This document shows positions 28,942 to 37,788 of a DNA stretch of 64,000 bases, piece by piece. The notes under the pieces were generated by a model. It had not been told where the DNA came from. It searched no databases and saw only the letters and a program-made list of their open reading frames with translations. The position numbers were made by a program, and so were the translations under genes. How positions within the stretch are numbered: the first letter of the stretch is position 1; every line of letters begins with the position of its first letter. The stretch is from Pelagibacteraceae bacterium AG-422-N09. GTDB lineage: Bacteria > Pseudomonadota > Alphaproteobacteria > Pelagibacterales > AG-422-B15. Location: positions 57,740-121,739 of the forward strand of contig QCMV01000002.1 of assembly GCA_003213515.1 (NCBI GenBank). Reading direction: 5' to 3'.

Positions 28942-28978
28942 CTTTATATATAGATCAAAGATATAAGTTTACATAAAT

Positions 28979-29476
28979 ATGTGGTTAGTCAAAAAATCAA
29001 AAGTGCATGGCTCTGGAGTATTTGCTACTAAAAATATACCTAAGGGAAAAAAAATTATTGAATATATCGGAGAAAAAATCGCTAAATCAGAGGGAGATAG
29101 GAGATCTGAATTAAGAATAAAAAAATATTTAAACTCAGATAAAACAGGTTCTGTATATATTTTTGAGTTAAATAAAAAATATGATATTGATGGATCACCT
29201 CTTTATAATAAAGCAAGATATATAAATCACTCATGTGAACCAAACTGTGAGGTAGATATTATAGATAATCAAATTTGGATTTCATCTATAAAAAAAATAA
29301 AGAGCGGTGAAGAGCTAACTTATGATTATGGTTATACTTTTGATCGAGATGATTATAAAGATCACCCATGTCGTTGTGCATCAAAAAACTGTATAGGTTA
29401 CATTATATCTTCTGATGATTGGGGTAAATTTTTGAAACATTTAAAAAAAAATATAAATAAGCTCAAAAAATTATAG
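28979..29476 (+). CDS. SET-domain protein (putative protein lysine methyltransferase)
   Basis: It has the SET core motifs ARYINHSCEPNC and GEELTYDYG, plus the post-SET Cys cluster HPCRCASKNCIGY. Confidence 0.8.
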   Translation: MWLVKKSKVHGSGVFATKNIPKGKKIIEYIGEKIAKSEGDRRSELRIKKYLNSDKTGSVYIFELNKKYDIDGSPLYNKARYINHSCEPNCEVDIIDNQIWISSIKKIKSGEELTYDYGYTFDRDDYKDHPCRCASKNCIGYIISSDDWGKFLKHLKKNINKLKKL

Positions 29477-30397
29477 TGTTTCTAATCTTTTGAATGGATG
29501 ACTCTCTTCTTTTCTCTCAGCTATATCTATCTGTTTTTGTCTTATAAGTGATCTTTTTTTTTGTTCATGAGTTCTTTCTTTATAGCAATAAGGGCACGAA
29601 ACACCTTTTTTATATAAAATTGATCTTGTATCTTTCTTTGTTATTGGCCTTCTGCAACCATAACATTGTAAATACTTACCTTTATCTAAATTATTATTAA
29701 TTGATACTCTGTCATCAAAAACAAAACATTCTCCCTGCCAATTAGAAGTTTCTTTTTCTTTATAAATATACTCTAAATACTTGATTATTCCGCCCTTTAA
29801 TTGAACCACGTTTTCATAACCTTTCATTTTGAGAAATGCAGATGCCTTTTCACATCTAATTCCTCCAGTGCAATACATTGCGATCTTATCTTTCTTGGAA
29901 AGCTTTAGATTATTAATTTTTTTTGGAAATTCTCTAAATGTATTAGTTGACGGATTAATACTATTTTGAAATTTACCTATGTTTATTTCATACATATTTC
30001 TGACGTCGATTACCTTTGTATTTTTATCAAAAATAATATCATTCCAACCAGATGGGTGAATATATTTACCGTGAAAATTCTTTGATTTAAAATTGCCGAC
30101 ACCTAGACTCACAATTTCTTTTTTAAGTCTTACCTTCATTTTATTAAATGGTAGAAAATTAGTATTATTTTTCTTTATATCAAGTTTTCTTATTTTTAAT
30201 TCTCTTTTAATAAACTTTACAGTTTTTTCTAATGTCTCATTATCACCTGAAATTGATGCATTAATACCTTCATCCGCTAATAAAATTGTCCCTCTTATCA
30301 CTTTAAATTTAAAGTAAGAGTCTAACTTTTTTTTTATTTGTTTTTTATTAGATATCTCTAAAAATCGATAAAAACTATAAATAGTAAGTTTTTTCAT
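29471..30397 (-). CDS. trhO: Rhodanese-domain UPF0176 protein (tRNA U34 hydroxylase TrhO/YceA family)
   Basis: The N-terminus is YSFYRF. The rhodanese active-site loop is MYCTGGIRCEKA. The C-terminal Cys pairs are CYGCRRP...CPYC. Confidence 0.8.
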   Translation of the reverse strand: MKKLTIYSFYRFLEISNKKQIKKKLDSYFKFKVIRGTILLADEGINASISGDNETLEKTVKFIKRELKIRKLDIKKNNTNFLPFNKMKVRLKKEIVSLGVGNFKSKNFHGKYIHPSGWNDIIFDKNTKVIDVRNMYEINIGKFQNSINPSTNTFREFPKKINNLKLSKKDKIAMYCTGGIRCEKASAFLKMKGYENVVQLKGGIIKYLEYIYKEKETSNWQGECFVFDDRVSINNNLDKGKYLQCYGCRRPITKKDTRSILYKKGVSCPYCYKERTHEQKKRSLIRQKQIDIAERKEESHPFKRLETL

Positions 30398-30400
30398 CTT

Positions 30401-31219
30401 TTACTTTCTGAGCTCATATGTTTTTTTCTTCAAGTATTTTGTAAGCTTTTCTCTATTACTAATTTTGCTTAAATCACTGTATTTAATAACATTTCCCGGA
30501 TAGATATTAATTTTTTTCCCTATCATTTTTTTTGTTTCGTGAATATAAGATGAGTATTTTAGAGTTTGACTTTTTAATTTAGATGCAAAGACATGAAATA
30601 GTAGTCCATTTTTTCCATCAAAGTATATTGGTAAAATATCGCTTTTTGTTTGTTTTAAGATTTTAGCGGTAAATTGCTTCCAATCATCATCCTCAGCAGC
30701 AGATTTAGAATCTTTTGCTATAGATACGCTGCCAGATGGAAATATTATCAGTAATCCATTGTTTAATAGGTGTCTTCTAGCTTCTTGAGTAGTTTTAATA
30801 TTATTTTTAATAGTTTCTTTTTTGTTTTCACTAAAATCAATTGGTAAAATATATTTTCCTAACTCAGGAGCAAATTGAAGAGTTTCATGTGTAAGAATTT
30901 TAAAATCAGACCTGACTTTAGAAGCAAGAGAACACATAATTAAGCCATCAATGATTCCAAAAGGGTGATTAGCTATCATAATTAATGGGCCTTTTGCAGG
31001 AATTTGAATACCTGATTCTGAGTTATCAATAACATTTATTTTCATAGACTTCAGTATACCAGTCCAGAAATATCTAGGGTTCGAATTATTTTTTGAAAAT
31101 TCATTATAAATTTTTTGTAATTTTCTTTTTCCAGTAACTTGCTCAATAGTTTTTATTAATATTCTTTGAGCAAAATTATGCTCTGTATTTGAAGCATAGG
31201 ATATATCAATTTTATTCAT
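30401..31219 (-). CDS. PlsC-family (HX4D) lysophospholipid/lipid acyltransferase
   Basis: Motifs IANHPFGIIDG (HX4D) and IFPSG. The track start at 31273 overlaps the upstream gene by 53 nt. The ATG at 31219 (MNKIDISY) abuts the upstream stop and is preferred. Confidence 0.6.
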   Translation of the reverse strand: MNKIDISYASNTEHNFAQRILIKTIEQVTGKRKLQKIYNEFSKNNSNPRYFWTGILKSMKINVIDNSESGIQIPAKGPLIMIANHPFGIIDGLIMCSLASKVRSDFKILTHETLQFAPELGKYILPIDFSENKKETIKNNIKTTQEARRHLLNNGLLIIFPSGSVSIAKDSKSAAEDDDWKQFTAKILKQTKSDILPIYFDGKNGLLFHVFASKLKSQTLKYSSYIHETKKMIGKKINIYPGNVIKYSDLSKISNREKLTKYLKKKTYELRK

Positions 31220-31220
31220 A

Positions 31221-31841
31221 TTAGTATTCCACTGGAATTGGGTCCAAACTTCTCCAAAAATACCATGTTGCAACTGATCTATAAGGTTTCCATTTTTCAG
31301 ACATTTTTATAGCATGATCTTTAGTTATTGGATATTTCATGTTGTAGCAATTACAGATACCCTTTATTAACCCTAAATCATCTACGGGAAAGACATCAGG
31401 TCTACATAAATTAAAAATGAGAAACATCTCTGCAGTCCATCTACCAATTCCCTTAATTTTGACTAATTCACTTATGATTTCTTCATCCGAATAATTTGAC
31501 CATTTATTTGGATTGATCTCATTATTGATGAAGGCTTTTGCTAGTGATTTAAGGTACAAAATTTTTTGACGCGAAAATCCGCAAGCTTTAAGTGTCATAA
31601 AGTGCATCTTTAAAGTTCGATGTGGTGTGACACTCTTAACTTTAGACTCATATCTGTTCCACACAGCTTGAGCAGCCTTTACCGAGATTTGTTGTCCAAC
31701 AATTGATCTTGCCAGAGTATAAAAAGGATCAGATTTAGAAAAAAGGAAATCTTTAGGATAATTAGTAATAATTTTTCCTAACTTTTTGTCTTTACCAATT
31801 AGAACTTTTTTTGCTTTTTCCCAAAAAAATGGTTTTTTCAT
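31221..31841 (-). CDS. HhH-GPD DNA glycosylase (3-methyladenine DNA glycosylase II-like)
   Basis: The helix-hairpin-helix is IKGIGRWTAEMFLIF, followed by PVDDLGL (catalytic Asp region). Confidence 0.8.
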   Translation of the reverse strand: MKKPFFWEKAKKVLIGKDKKLGKIITNYPKDFLFSKSDPFYTLARSIVGQQISVKAAQAVWNRYESKVKSVTPHRTLKMHFMTLKACGFSRQKILYLKSLAKAFINNEINPNKWSNYSDEEIISELVKIKGIGRWTAEMFLIFNLCRPDVFPVDDLGLIKGICNCYNMKYPITKDHAIKMSEKWKPYRSVATWYFWRSLDPIPVEY

Positions 31842-31924
31842 ACTGATGTAACGAATTTAATATTGACATATATAATGTAAATTGTTTTATTTGCCATTCT
31901 AAATAATTAATGGAGATAAAAATT

Positions 31925-32239
31925 ATGGCAGACGTTGCTAGTTTATTAACTGAGTTTCAAAAAGGTATCGAAGGAAAAGACACTGGTCTTGGGGCAACAG
32001 TAAAATTTGACTTTGAGGGAGCTGGGTGTATTTTTCTTGATGGAAAATCCAACCCAAATACTGTTTCTGACGAGGATAAAGATGCTGATTGTACTTTATC
32101 TATGTCCCTTGAGACATTTGAACAAATGAGATCAGGTGAAGTTGATGGAACTTCAGCTTTTATGCAAGGTAAATTGAAAGTATCTGGCGATATGTCAATT
32201 GCAATGAAGTTACAATCTGTAATGGATGCACTTGCTTAG
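31925..32239 (+). CDS. SCP2 (sterol carrier protein 2-like) lipid-binding domain protein
   Basis: It is about 104 aa with the C-terminal SCP2 pattern AFMQGKLKVSGDMSIAMKL. ATG 31925 is preceded by GGAGA. The track start is ATG 31910. Confidence 0.65.
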   Translation: MADVASLLTEFQKGIEGKDTGLGATVKFDFEGAGCIFLDGKSNPNTVSDEDKDADCTLSMSLETFEQMRSGEVDGTSAFMQGKLKVSGDMSIAMKLQSVMDALA

Positions 32240-32257
32240 ATCTTAAATAAATAAAAG

Positions 32258-33076
32258 TTAACCCATCTTCGATTTATTCTTGGATGGGTTCTTTTTATTC
32301 AAAATTGATCTGCATTTATTAAAAATCTCATTATTTGCGCAAGCAATTATTCTTCCACCTTTAGATATATTTTTATTATCCCAAGTTTTTAATATTCCTC
32401 CCGCGTTCATAATTATTGGTTCTAAAGCTCTTATATCCCATGCGTTTAGTCCACTTTCCACGACTATATCTACAAGTCCGTCTGCGAGCAAACAATAACT
32501 GTAGCAATCTCCACCAAGTCGAGTTAATTTGACCTTTTTACTTAGTCTCTCAAATGATGATTGATCATTTTTATTTGCAAATAAATATGGCGAAGTTGTA
32601 TTTAATATTGAATCGGAAATTACTTTATTGTTACTAACCTTCAAATTGGATTTTTTTCCATTTATAATCTTATATGATTTTTTTTCATATCCAATGTATC
32701 TCTCATCTAACGCAGGAATATCTGCAACACCCAAAATAATATTACCATTTTCTGATAGCGAAATTAATGTACCCCAAAGCGGCATACCTTGTATAAACGA
32801 CTTTGTTCCATCAATTGGATCAATACACCATTCATAAGCACTATTTTTAGGATGAGTTTCTTCCTCTCCGATAATTGAGTGATTTGGAAAATATTTTAGA
32901 ATTAAATGATTTAATTTTTTTTGAATTTTGATGTCTGCTACTGTTACCGGATCAAAACCAGATCTTTCTTTATTTTTAGCTTTAATTTTTGTTTTAAAAT
33001 ATTTAAGGGAAATTAGACGAGCTTCGTCTGCCAACATATTTGAGAAATTTAAAAATTTTTTTATACTTTTTTTCAT
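32258..33076 (-). CDS. Inositol-monophosphatase-family protein, possibly histidinol-phosphatase HisN
   Basis: Motifs CIDPIDGTKSF and AWDIRALEPII. The start is trimmed to ATG 33076 (MKKSIKKF). The longer track ORF runs into the divergent neighbour. Confidence 0.7.
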   Translation of the reverse strand: MKKSIKKFLNFSNMLADEARLISLKYFKTKIKAKNKERSGFDPVTVADIKIQKKLNHLILKYFPNHSIIGEEETHPKNSAYEWCIDPIDGTKSFIQGMPLWGTLISLSENGNIILGVADIPALDERYIGYEKKSYKIINGKKSNLKVSNNKVISDSILNTTSPYLFANKNDQSSFERLSKKVKLTRLGGDCYSYCLLADGLVDIVVESGLNAWDIRALEPIIMNAGGILKTWDNKNISKGGRIIACANNEIFNKCRSILNKKNPSKNKSKMG

Positions 33077-33131
33077 ACTATATATAAAATTATGTATTGA
33101 ATGGCTAGATAACCTTTTGTACCATAGAAGT

Positions 33132-34409
33132 ATGATTATAAAAAATATCCTTTTATTGATTTTTCTTTTTTTGCCATCATTTTTATTAGCAAATAGTGAA
33201 ATTGACGACATTTATATTGGTGATAGAGAGCCAATAAACGATCCAATTCCTCAATATAATCCTGAGTCAAACTCTTATCCAAACCCATTCAATGATGATC
33301 AAATAATCTTAACCATAGATAAAAATAATTATATCAATTTCGTCGAAAACATTCTCACGCCAGGTCAAATTGAAATGTTTGAGACATATCCTGAAACTTT
33401 TAAGATGCACGTGTATCCCTCGAGAAGGAGTTGCGCAGTGCCTCCTGAGGTTTTAAAATTAACAAAAGAAAATGCAAAACTAACCGATGAAGGTGAGGGA
33501 TTAGAGGGTGTTGTAGGAAGTATTCCCTTTCCAAACCCAAGTGAAGCACTTCACCATGTATGGAATCATATTTTAAGATATAGAGGAGTAAACATATATG
33601 GCGCTTCTCCTTTTTATATAGTCAATCCAGATAATTCTAGAACATTTGGTGCTGGCGAAGCTATTGCAATCAACTATTGGAATCCTTTTGTTGAGAACGA
33701 TAAAGGCTTGCAAGGTATGCTAATGTCAAAAGTAACTCACCCGCCAAGACTAGCAGACGCTTCTTTACTTGTAATTGAATCTTTAAATGCTTTTAAAACT
33801 CCTCGTCGGGCTTGGGTATATAATCCTGGAACGAGGAGAGTAAGAAGAGCACCTGATATAGCCTATGATTACAAACCGTCAGCAAATCAAGGTTTAACAA
33901 CCACAGACCAGTTCGACGGCTTTAATGGCGCAAAAGATAGATACAATTGGTCATTTGTGGGAACGACCAAAAAATTGATGCCGTACAATGCATATGAATT
34001 TCACGAGACAAATATAGAAGAAACATTAACGCCATATCATGTAAATCAAGAGTTTTTAAGATATGAATTAGTTAATGTTAATATTGTTAAAGCGAATCTT
34101 AAAACAGATAAGAGACACATTATACCTCATAGAACTATGTATTTTGATTTAGATAGCCATAATATGCTTGTAGAAGAAACTTATGATGATGAAAATGAAA
34201 TAATGGCGTATAGAGAGTTTCCAATAATAAATTTTTATGATCAACCCATGTGTTTATCAATTCATAGTGCTACGTATGACTTTGCTACAAAACGCTATCA
34301 ATTAACTAATGTCAGATCAAAGGATATACCTAAAATTCAATGGAGGCTTAATGAACCTCATGATGAAAAAATGTTCACACCTGAAGGGTTAAAAAGATTT
34401 GCCAGATAG
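33132..34409 (+). CDS. Secreted DUF1329-like protein (LolA-like fold family, function unknown)
   Basis: A signal peptide MIIKNILLLIFLFLPSFLLANS begins at ATG 33132. The blocks VYPSRRSCAVP, GSIPFPNP and VWNHILRYRG match my recollection of DUF1329. Confidence 0.6.
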   Translation: MIIKNILLLIFLFLPSFLLANSEIDDIYIGDREPINDPIPQYNPESNSYPNPFNDDQIILTIDKNNYINFVENILTPGQIEMFETYPETFKMHVYPSRRSCAVPPEVLKLTKENAKLTDEGEGLEGVVGSIPFPNPSEALHHVWNHILRYRGVNIYGASPFYIVNPDNSRTFGAGEAIAINYWNPFVENDKGLQGMLMSKVTHPPRLADASLLVIESLNAFKTPRRAWVYNPGTRRVRRAPDIAYDYKPSANQGLTTTDQFDGFNGAKDRYNWSFVGTTKKLMPYNAYEFHETNIEETLTPYHVNQEFLRYELVNVNIVKANLKTDKRHIIPHRTMYFDLDSHNMLVEETYDDENEIMAYREFPIINFYDQPMCLSIHSATYDFATKRYQLTNVRSKDIPKIQWRLNEPHDEKMFTPEGLKRFAR

Positions 34410-34420
34410 CAATTAAAAAA

Positions 34421-34451
34421 TTATATATCCTTGATATATAACACGATTTTT
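34421..34451 (+). terminator. Candidate hairpin terminator after the DUF1329-like gene
   Basis: A perfect 9-bp inverted repeat, ttatatatc (34421-29) and gatatataa (34433-41), has a 3-nt loop. It is followed by tttt t at 34447-34451. The stem is entirely A/T apart from one pair, so it is weak. Confidence 0.3.
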
Positions 34452-34526
34452 GGGCACGTAGCTCAGTGGTAGAGCATCACGTTGACATCGTGGGGGTTGT
34501 TGGTTCGATCCCAACCGTGCCCACCA
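34452..34526 (+). tRNA. tRNA-Val (anticodon GAC)
   Basis: Manual cloverleaf: acceptor GGGCACG/CGTGCCC, D arm GCTC-AGTGGTA-GAGC, anticodon arm TCACG-TTGACAT-CGTGG, T arm GTTGG-TTCGATC-CCAAC, encoded CCA. Confidence 0.9.
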
Positions 34527-34583
34527 TAAATCTCAATTATATGTTGTTTTTTATTACTTAATTAGATAAAAGATCGCAGTATT

Positions 34584-34718
34584 ATGAAAAAGCCAAATAA
34601 AATAAGAGAAGCAAGACTCAATAAGATGAGATCTAGAAAAAATAACATTCGTAAAGAAAAAGTTAGACTTAAAAAAATTGAAGAAGCAAATGCACCTCAA
34701 CCGGAGCCTCAACAATGA
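34584..34718 (+). CDS. Unannotated 44-codon Lys/Arg-rich small ORF, translationally coupled to rpmJ
   Basis: It encodes [44 protein letters not shown]. Its TGA (34716-18) overlaps the rpmJ ATG (34715-17) as ATGA. It is below the ORF-track size cut-off. Confidence 0.35.
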   Translation: MKKPNKIREARLNKMRSRKNNIRKEKVRLKKIEEANAPQPEPQQ

Positions 34719-34840
34719 AAGTAAGAAGCTCACTAAAAAATCTTAAAACAAGAGACCGTAATAATAAGCTTATAAAAAGAAAAGGTCGTCTATACGTTAT
34801 TAATAAAAGAAATCCACGAATGAAAGCTCGTCAAGGCTAA
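34715..34840 (+). CDS. rpmJ: 50S ribosomal protein L36
   Basis: It encodes [41 protein letters not shown] (41 aa). This matches the Cys-less L36 type seen in alphaproteobacteria. Confidence 0.9.
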   Translation: MKVRSSLKNLKTRDRNNKLIKRKGRLYVINKRNPRMKARQG

Positions 34841-34846
34841 TAATAT

Positions 34847-35545
34847 TTGTCGTCTAAAAAAAATAAAAGAATTCTTTTTATTGCAGATCACGCATCAAAT
34901 TATATACCAAGTTCATTAAAAAATTTAGGCCTTAAAGACAACCAATTAAATTCACATATTGCGTATGATGTAGGTGTAAAAGAACTATGCATTAATTTGT
35001 CTAATCTTCTTAACTCTGATTATATAATAGGCCAATACTCAAGACTTATTATTGATTTAAATAGAGATATTTCAGATCCAACATTAATTCCAGAAATTGT
35101 TGACAGAAAAATAATAACAAAAAATTTAAGTCTTAGTAACTATGATAAGAAAAAAAGAATTTCAGAGATCTACAATAAATATCATTACAAAATTAAAACA
35201 GCTATAAAACATAATAATATAATGGCATTAATTTCTCTTCATTCATTTAATCCAATATTCAAAAAGCGAAAACGAAATATTCATTTTGGCATTCTATCAA
35301 ATCAAGATAGAAGACTGAGTGATTATATAATTACAGAAATGAAAAGAAGGAAATTAAAAGTCGGTGACAATGAGCCGTATGAGGGAAATTTAATTGGTGA
35401 TACGATGTATAAACACGGTCTTAAAAATAATTTACATCATACTTTAATTGAGGTCAGAAACGATTTACTTTCTTCCTCAACTAAGATACACAGAGTATCA
35501 GTACTATTAAAGCAAGTAATTAATAATTCAATTAATAGGATTTAA
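34847..35545 (+). CDS. N-formylglutamate amidohydrolase (FGase) family protein
   Basis: Motifs ILFIADHASNYIP, YSRLIIDLNRD and LISLHSFNP. TTG start. Confidence 0.75.
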   Translation: MSSKKNKRILFIADHASNYIPSSLKNLGLKDNQLNSHIAYDVGVKELCINLSNLLNSDYIIGQYSRLIIDLNRDISDPTLIPEIVDRKIITKNLSLSNYDKKKRISEIYNKYHYKIKTAIKHNNIMALISLHSFNPIFKKRKRNIHFGILSNQDRRLSDYIITEMKRRKLKVGDNEPYEGNLIGDTMYKHGLKNNLHHTLIEVRNDLLSSSTKIHRVSVLLKQVINNSINRI

Positions 35546-35552
35546 AGACAAA

Positions 35553-36455
35553 ATGAGTAATGTAGCTCCAAGGTGGTTTGAAAAAGCAATAGCTAATAAG
35601 CCTGAAGTAATGTCTGTGAAAATAAAAGGGACAAAAATTTCCTACAATGTCTGGGGCGATAAATCAAAACCAGGCTTAATTTTTATTCATGGTGGCATGG
35701 CACATGCTGAGTGGTGGAGTTTTATCGCTCCCTACTTTGCAAAAACACATAGAGTTATAGCTATGAATCTAGGTGGGATGGGTGATAGTGAATGGAAGAA
35801 AAAATATTCAGTTGAGTCTTGGGGCGCAGAAATAGTTGGTGTATGTAAAAAAGAAAAATTAAAAAAACCTATTTTCATTGGACATAGCCTTGGAGGCATG
35901 TGCGGTGTGTATGCTGCTTCTTTAATGAAAAAAAAATTGTATGGTTTAGTCATTGTAGACACAGCTATAATGCCTCCTACTGATAATCCTCCAAAATTCG
36001 ATTTAAAAGTCAGAGCTAACAACGTTTATAAAAAAATGTCAGATATTATTGAACGTTTTAGATTAGTTCCATCTCAGAGTGACGCTCTTGAATATGCGAT
36101 GAATTTTATAGCAGAAAAATCTATTAAAAAAGTCAGAGGTGGATGGACATGGAAATTTGACCCAAGTTATATGAATATTTTTACAAGTGAAAATTTTGCT
36201 GAAAGGCAAGCAGTTTTGAGAAAAACACTAAAGAGTCTTAAATGTAGAGTTGCGGTATTTAGGGGTGAGAAATCATCTATCTTTCCAGGATTTAGTGCAA
36301 AATATATGAATGAATTGATGGATAAGAAATCACCGATAATTAACATACCAGAAGCTCATCACCATATTATGGTAGATCAACCTTTAGCGCTTGTTTCAGC
36401 TTTAAGATCATTAATTATTGATTGGGATCATTCAAAGCCATCTAAAGCACTGTAA
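35553..36455 (+). CDS. Alpha/beta-fold hydrolase
   Basis: It has the nucleophile elbow IGHSLGG, the HGG oxyanion region FIHGGMAH, and a C-terminal His (EAHHHIMVDQP). Confidence 0.75.
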   Translation: MSNVAPRWFEKAIANKPEVMSVKIKGTKISYNVWGDKSKPGLIFIHGGMAHAEWWSFIAPYFAKTHRVIAMNLGGMGDSEWKKKYSVESWGAEIVGVCKKEKLKKPIFIGHSLGGMCGVYAASLMKKKLYGLVIVDTAIMPPTDNPPKFDLKVRANNVYKKMSDIIERFRLVPSQSDALEYAMNFIAEKSIKKVRGGWTWKFDPSYMNIFTSENFAERQAVLRKTLKSLKCRVAVFRGEKSSIFPGFSAKYMNELMDKKSPIINIPEAHHHIMVDQPLALVSALRSLIIDWDHSKPSKAL

Positions 36456-36544
36456 ACTATATATAAATCAATTATCACTAATCTTATATTAACTAAAAAA
36501 AACACTGTTAAATTCGATATTTAGAAATATATTAACTGCTTATC

Positions 36545-36655
36545 ATGGATATATCAGAGCAGAAAAAAGCATATAGTTTCTTCGGCAAGCTCATTTTATG
36601 GGGGTCTGTTGGTATTGTTGTTGTATTGGTTTTGATGGCAATTTTTTTAATCTAA
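36545..36655 (+). CDS. 36-aa single-helix membrane peptide upstream of pntAA (resembles the small aa3-oxidase-subunit-IV-like proteins often found there)
   Basis: It encodes MDISEQKKAYSFFGKLILWGSVGIVVVLVLMAIFLI* and ends 11 nt before the pntAA ATG. It is below the ORF-track cut-off. Confidence 0.45.
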   Translation: MDISEQKKAYSFFGKLILWGSVGIVVVLVLMAIFLI

Positions 36656-36666
36656 ATTTTAAATTT

Positions 36667-37788
36667 ATGCGCGCTTATATTTTAAAAGAAAGTGAGTCAG
36701 AATTACGCGTGTCAGCTTCCCCTGATAGCGTAAAAAAGATGGTTGAGTTAGGAATTTCAGTGAATATACAAACCTCTGCGGGTCAAAATTCAAATTTTTC
36801 TGACGAAAATTATAAAGCAAATGGGGCCAAGATTTTTAATAATACTTCCGAAATTTCAAACGCTGATATCATAATAAAAGTTAACAAACCAACTGACGAT
36901 GAAATTTCATCAATGAAAGAAGGCTCTTTATTCATAGGTTCTCTGGATCCTTATAATAGCAGGGAGACGCTAAATAAACTAAGGGATAAGGGTGTAACAT
37001 CGTTTGCAATGGAATTAATGCCAAGAATAACAAGAGCTCAATCTATGGATATACTCTCTTCACAATCTAACTTAGCTGGGTACAAGGCTGTTATAGACGC
37101 GACCTATTTATTTAACAAAGCAATGCCAATGATGATGACGGCTGCTGGTACAATCGCACCAGCAAAAGTTATGGTATTTGGTGCTGGTGTTGCCGGTTTA
37201 CAAGCTATTGCTACTGCAAAGAGACTTGGAGCAATCGTTTCCGCAACTGACGTAAGAATGGCAGCAAAAGAACAAGTCGAGAGTTTAGGTGGTAAATTTG
37301 TTATGGTTGAGGATGATGAGACTCAGGACGCAGAAACATCTGGGGGTTATGCAAAAGAAATGAGTGATGAATTTAAAGCTAAGCAGGCAAAGCTTATTTC
37401 AGATACCTTAGCAGCTCAAGATATTGCAATATGCACAGCACTTATTCCTGGAAAGAAAGCTCCAATACTTATTTCAGAGGAACAGGTTAAATCAATGAAA
37501 CCCGGATCAATAATAATCGATCTTGCAGCCGAAAGCGGTGGGAATTGCGAGTGCTCTGAAGCTGGTGAGACAAAGGAGGTTGGAGGCGTACATGTAGTTG
37601 GTTCAAAAGATATAACTTCAACAATTTCTGAAGATGCTTCAGCGCTATTTTCAAAAAATATACTTAATTTTTTAACATTATTAATCGACAGCGAATCCAA
37701 GTCTATAAGTATTGATTGGGATGATGAGATTATACAAGGAATACTTGTAACAAAAAATAATGAAATCGTGCATAAGGAGCTTAGCTAA
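36667..37788 (+). CDS. pntAA: NAD(P) transhydrogenase subunit alpha, part 1 (dI)
   Basis: It has an alanine-dehydrogenase/PNT fold: MRAYILKESESELRV..., VMVFGAGVAGLQAIATAKRLGA. The start is trimmed from the track's 36598 to ATG 36667. Confidence 0.9.
   Translation: MRAYILKESESELRVSASPDSVKKMVELGISVNIQTSAGQNSNFSDENYKANGAKIFNNTSEISNADIIIKVNKPTDDEISSMKEGSLFIGSLDPYNSRETLNKLRDKGVTSFAMELMPRITRAQSMDILSSQSNLAGYKAVIDATYLFNKAMPMMMTAAGTIAPAKVMVFGAGVAGLQAIATAKRLGAIVSATDVRMAAKEQVESLGGKFVMVEDDETQDAETSGGYAKEMSDEFKAKQAKLISDTLAAQDIAICTALIPGKKAPILISEEQVKSMKPGSIIIDLAAESGGNCECSEAGETKEVGGVHVVGSKDITSTISEDASALFSKNILNFLTLLIDSESKSISIDWDDEIIQGILVTKNNEIVHKELS

Noticed and set aside
31863-31876. Consensus-looking TTGACA (31863-68) and TATAAT (31871-76) hexamers lie upstream of the SCP2 gene.
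   Set aside because: They are only 2 nt apart, so they cannot form one sigma70 promoter. Either may be used with a weaker partner, but that cannot be decided from the sequence.
32928-33211. The long N-terminal extensions of the divergent HisN-like and DUF1329-like ORFs overlap each other by about 280 nt.
   Set aside because: Both proteins have sensible internal ATG starts: 33076 before the IMPase fold, and 33132 immediately before a signal peptide. These leave a normal 55-nt divergent promoter region.
34452-34526. tRNA-Val was considered as an integration site for the glycan island or another mobile element.
   Set aside because: The tRNA lies about 5.5 kb inside conserved core-type genes, not at the island edge. 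No integrase, phage gene or repeat of the tRNA 3' end was noticed.
36598-36666. A Cys-rich N-terminal extension (MGVCWYCCCIGFDG...) on the pntAA ORF in the track.
   Set aside because: The homologous PntAA N-terminus begins at MRAYILKE (ATG 36667). The extension overlaps, in another frame, a better-supported 36-aa membrane peptide ORF.
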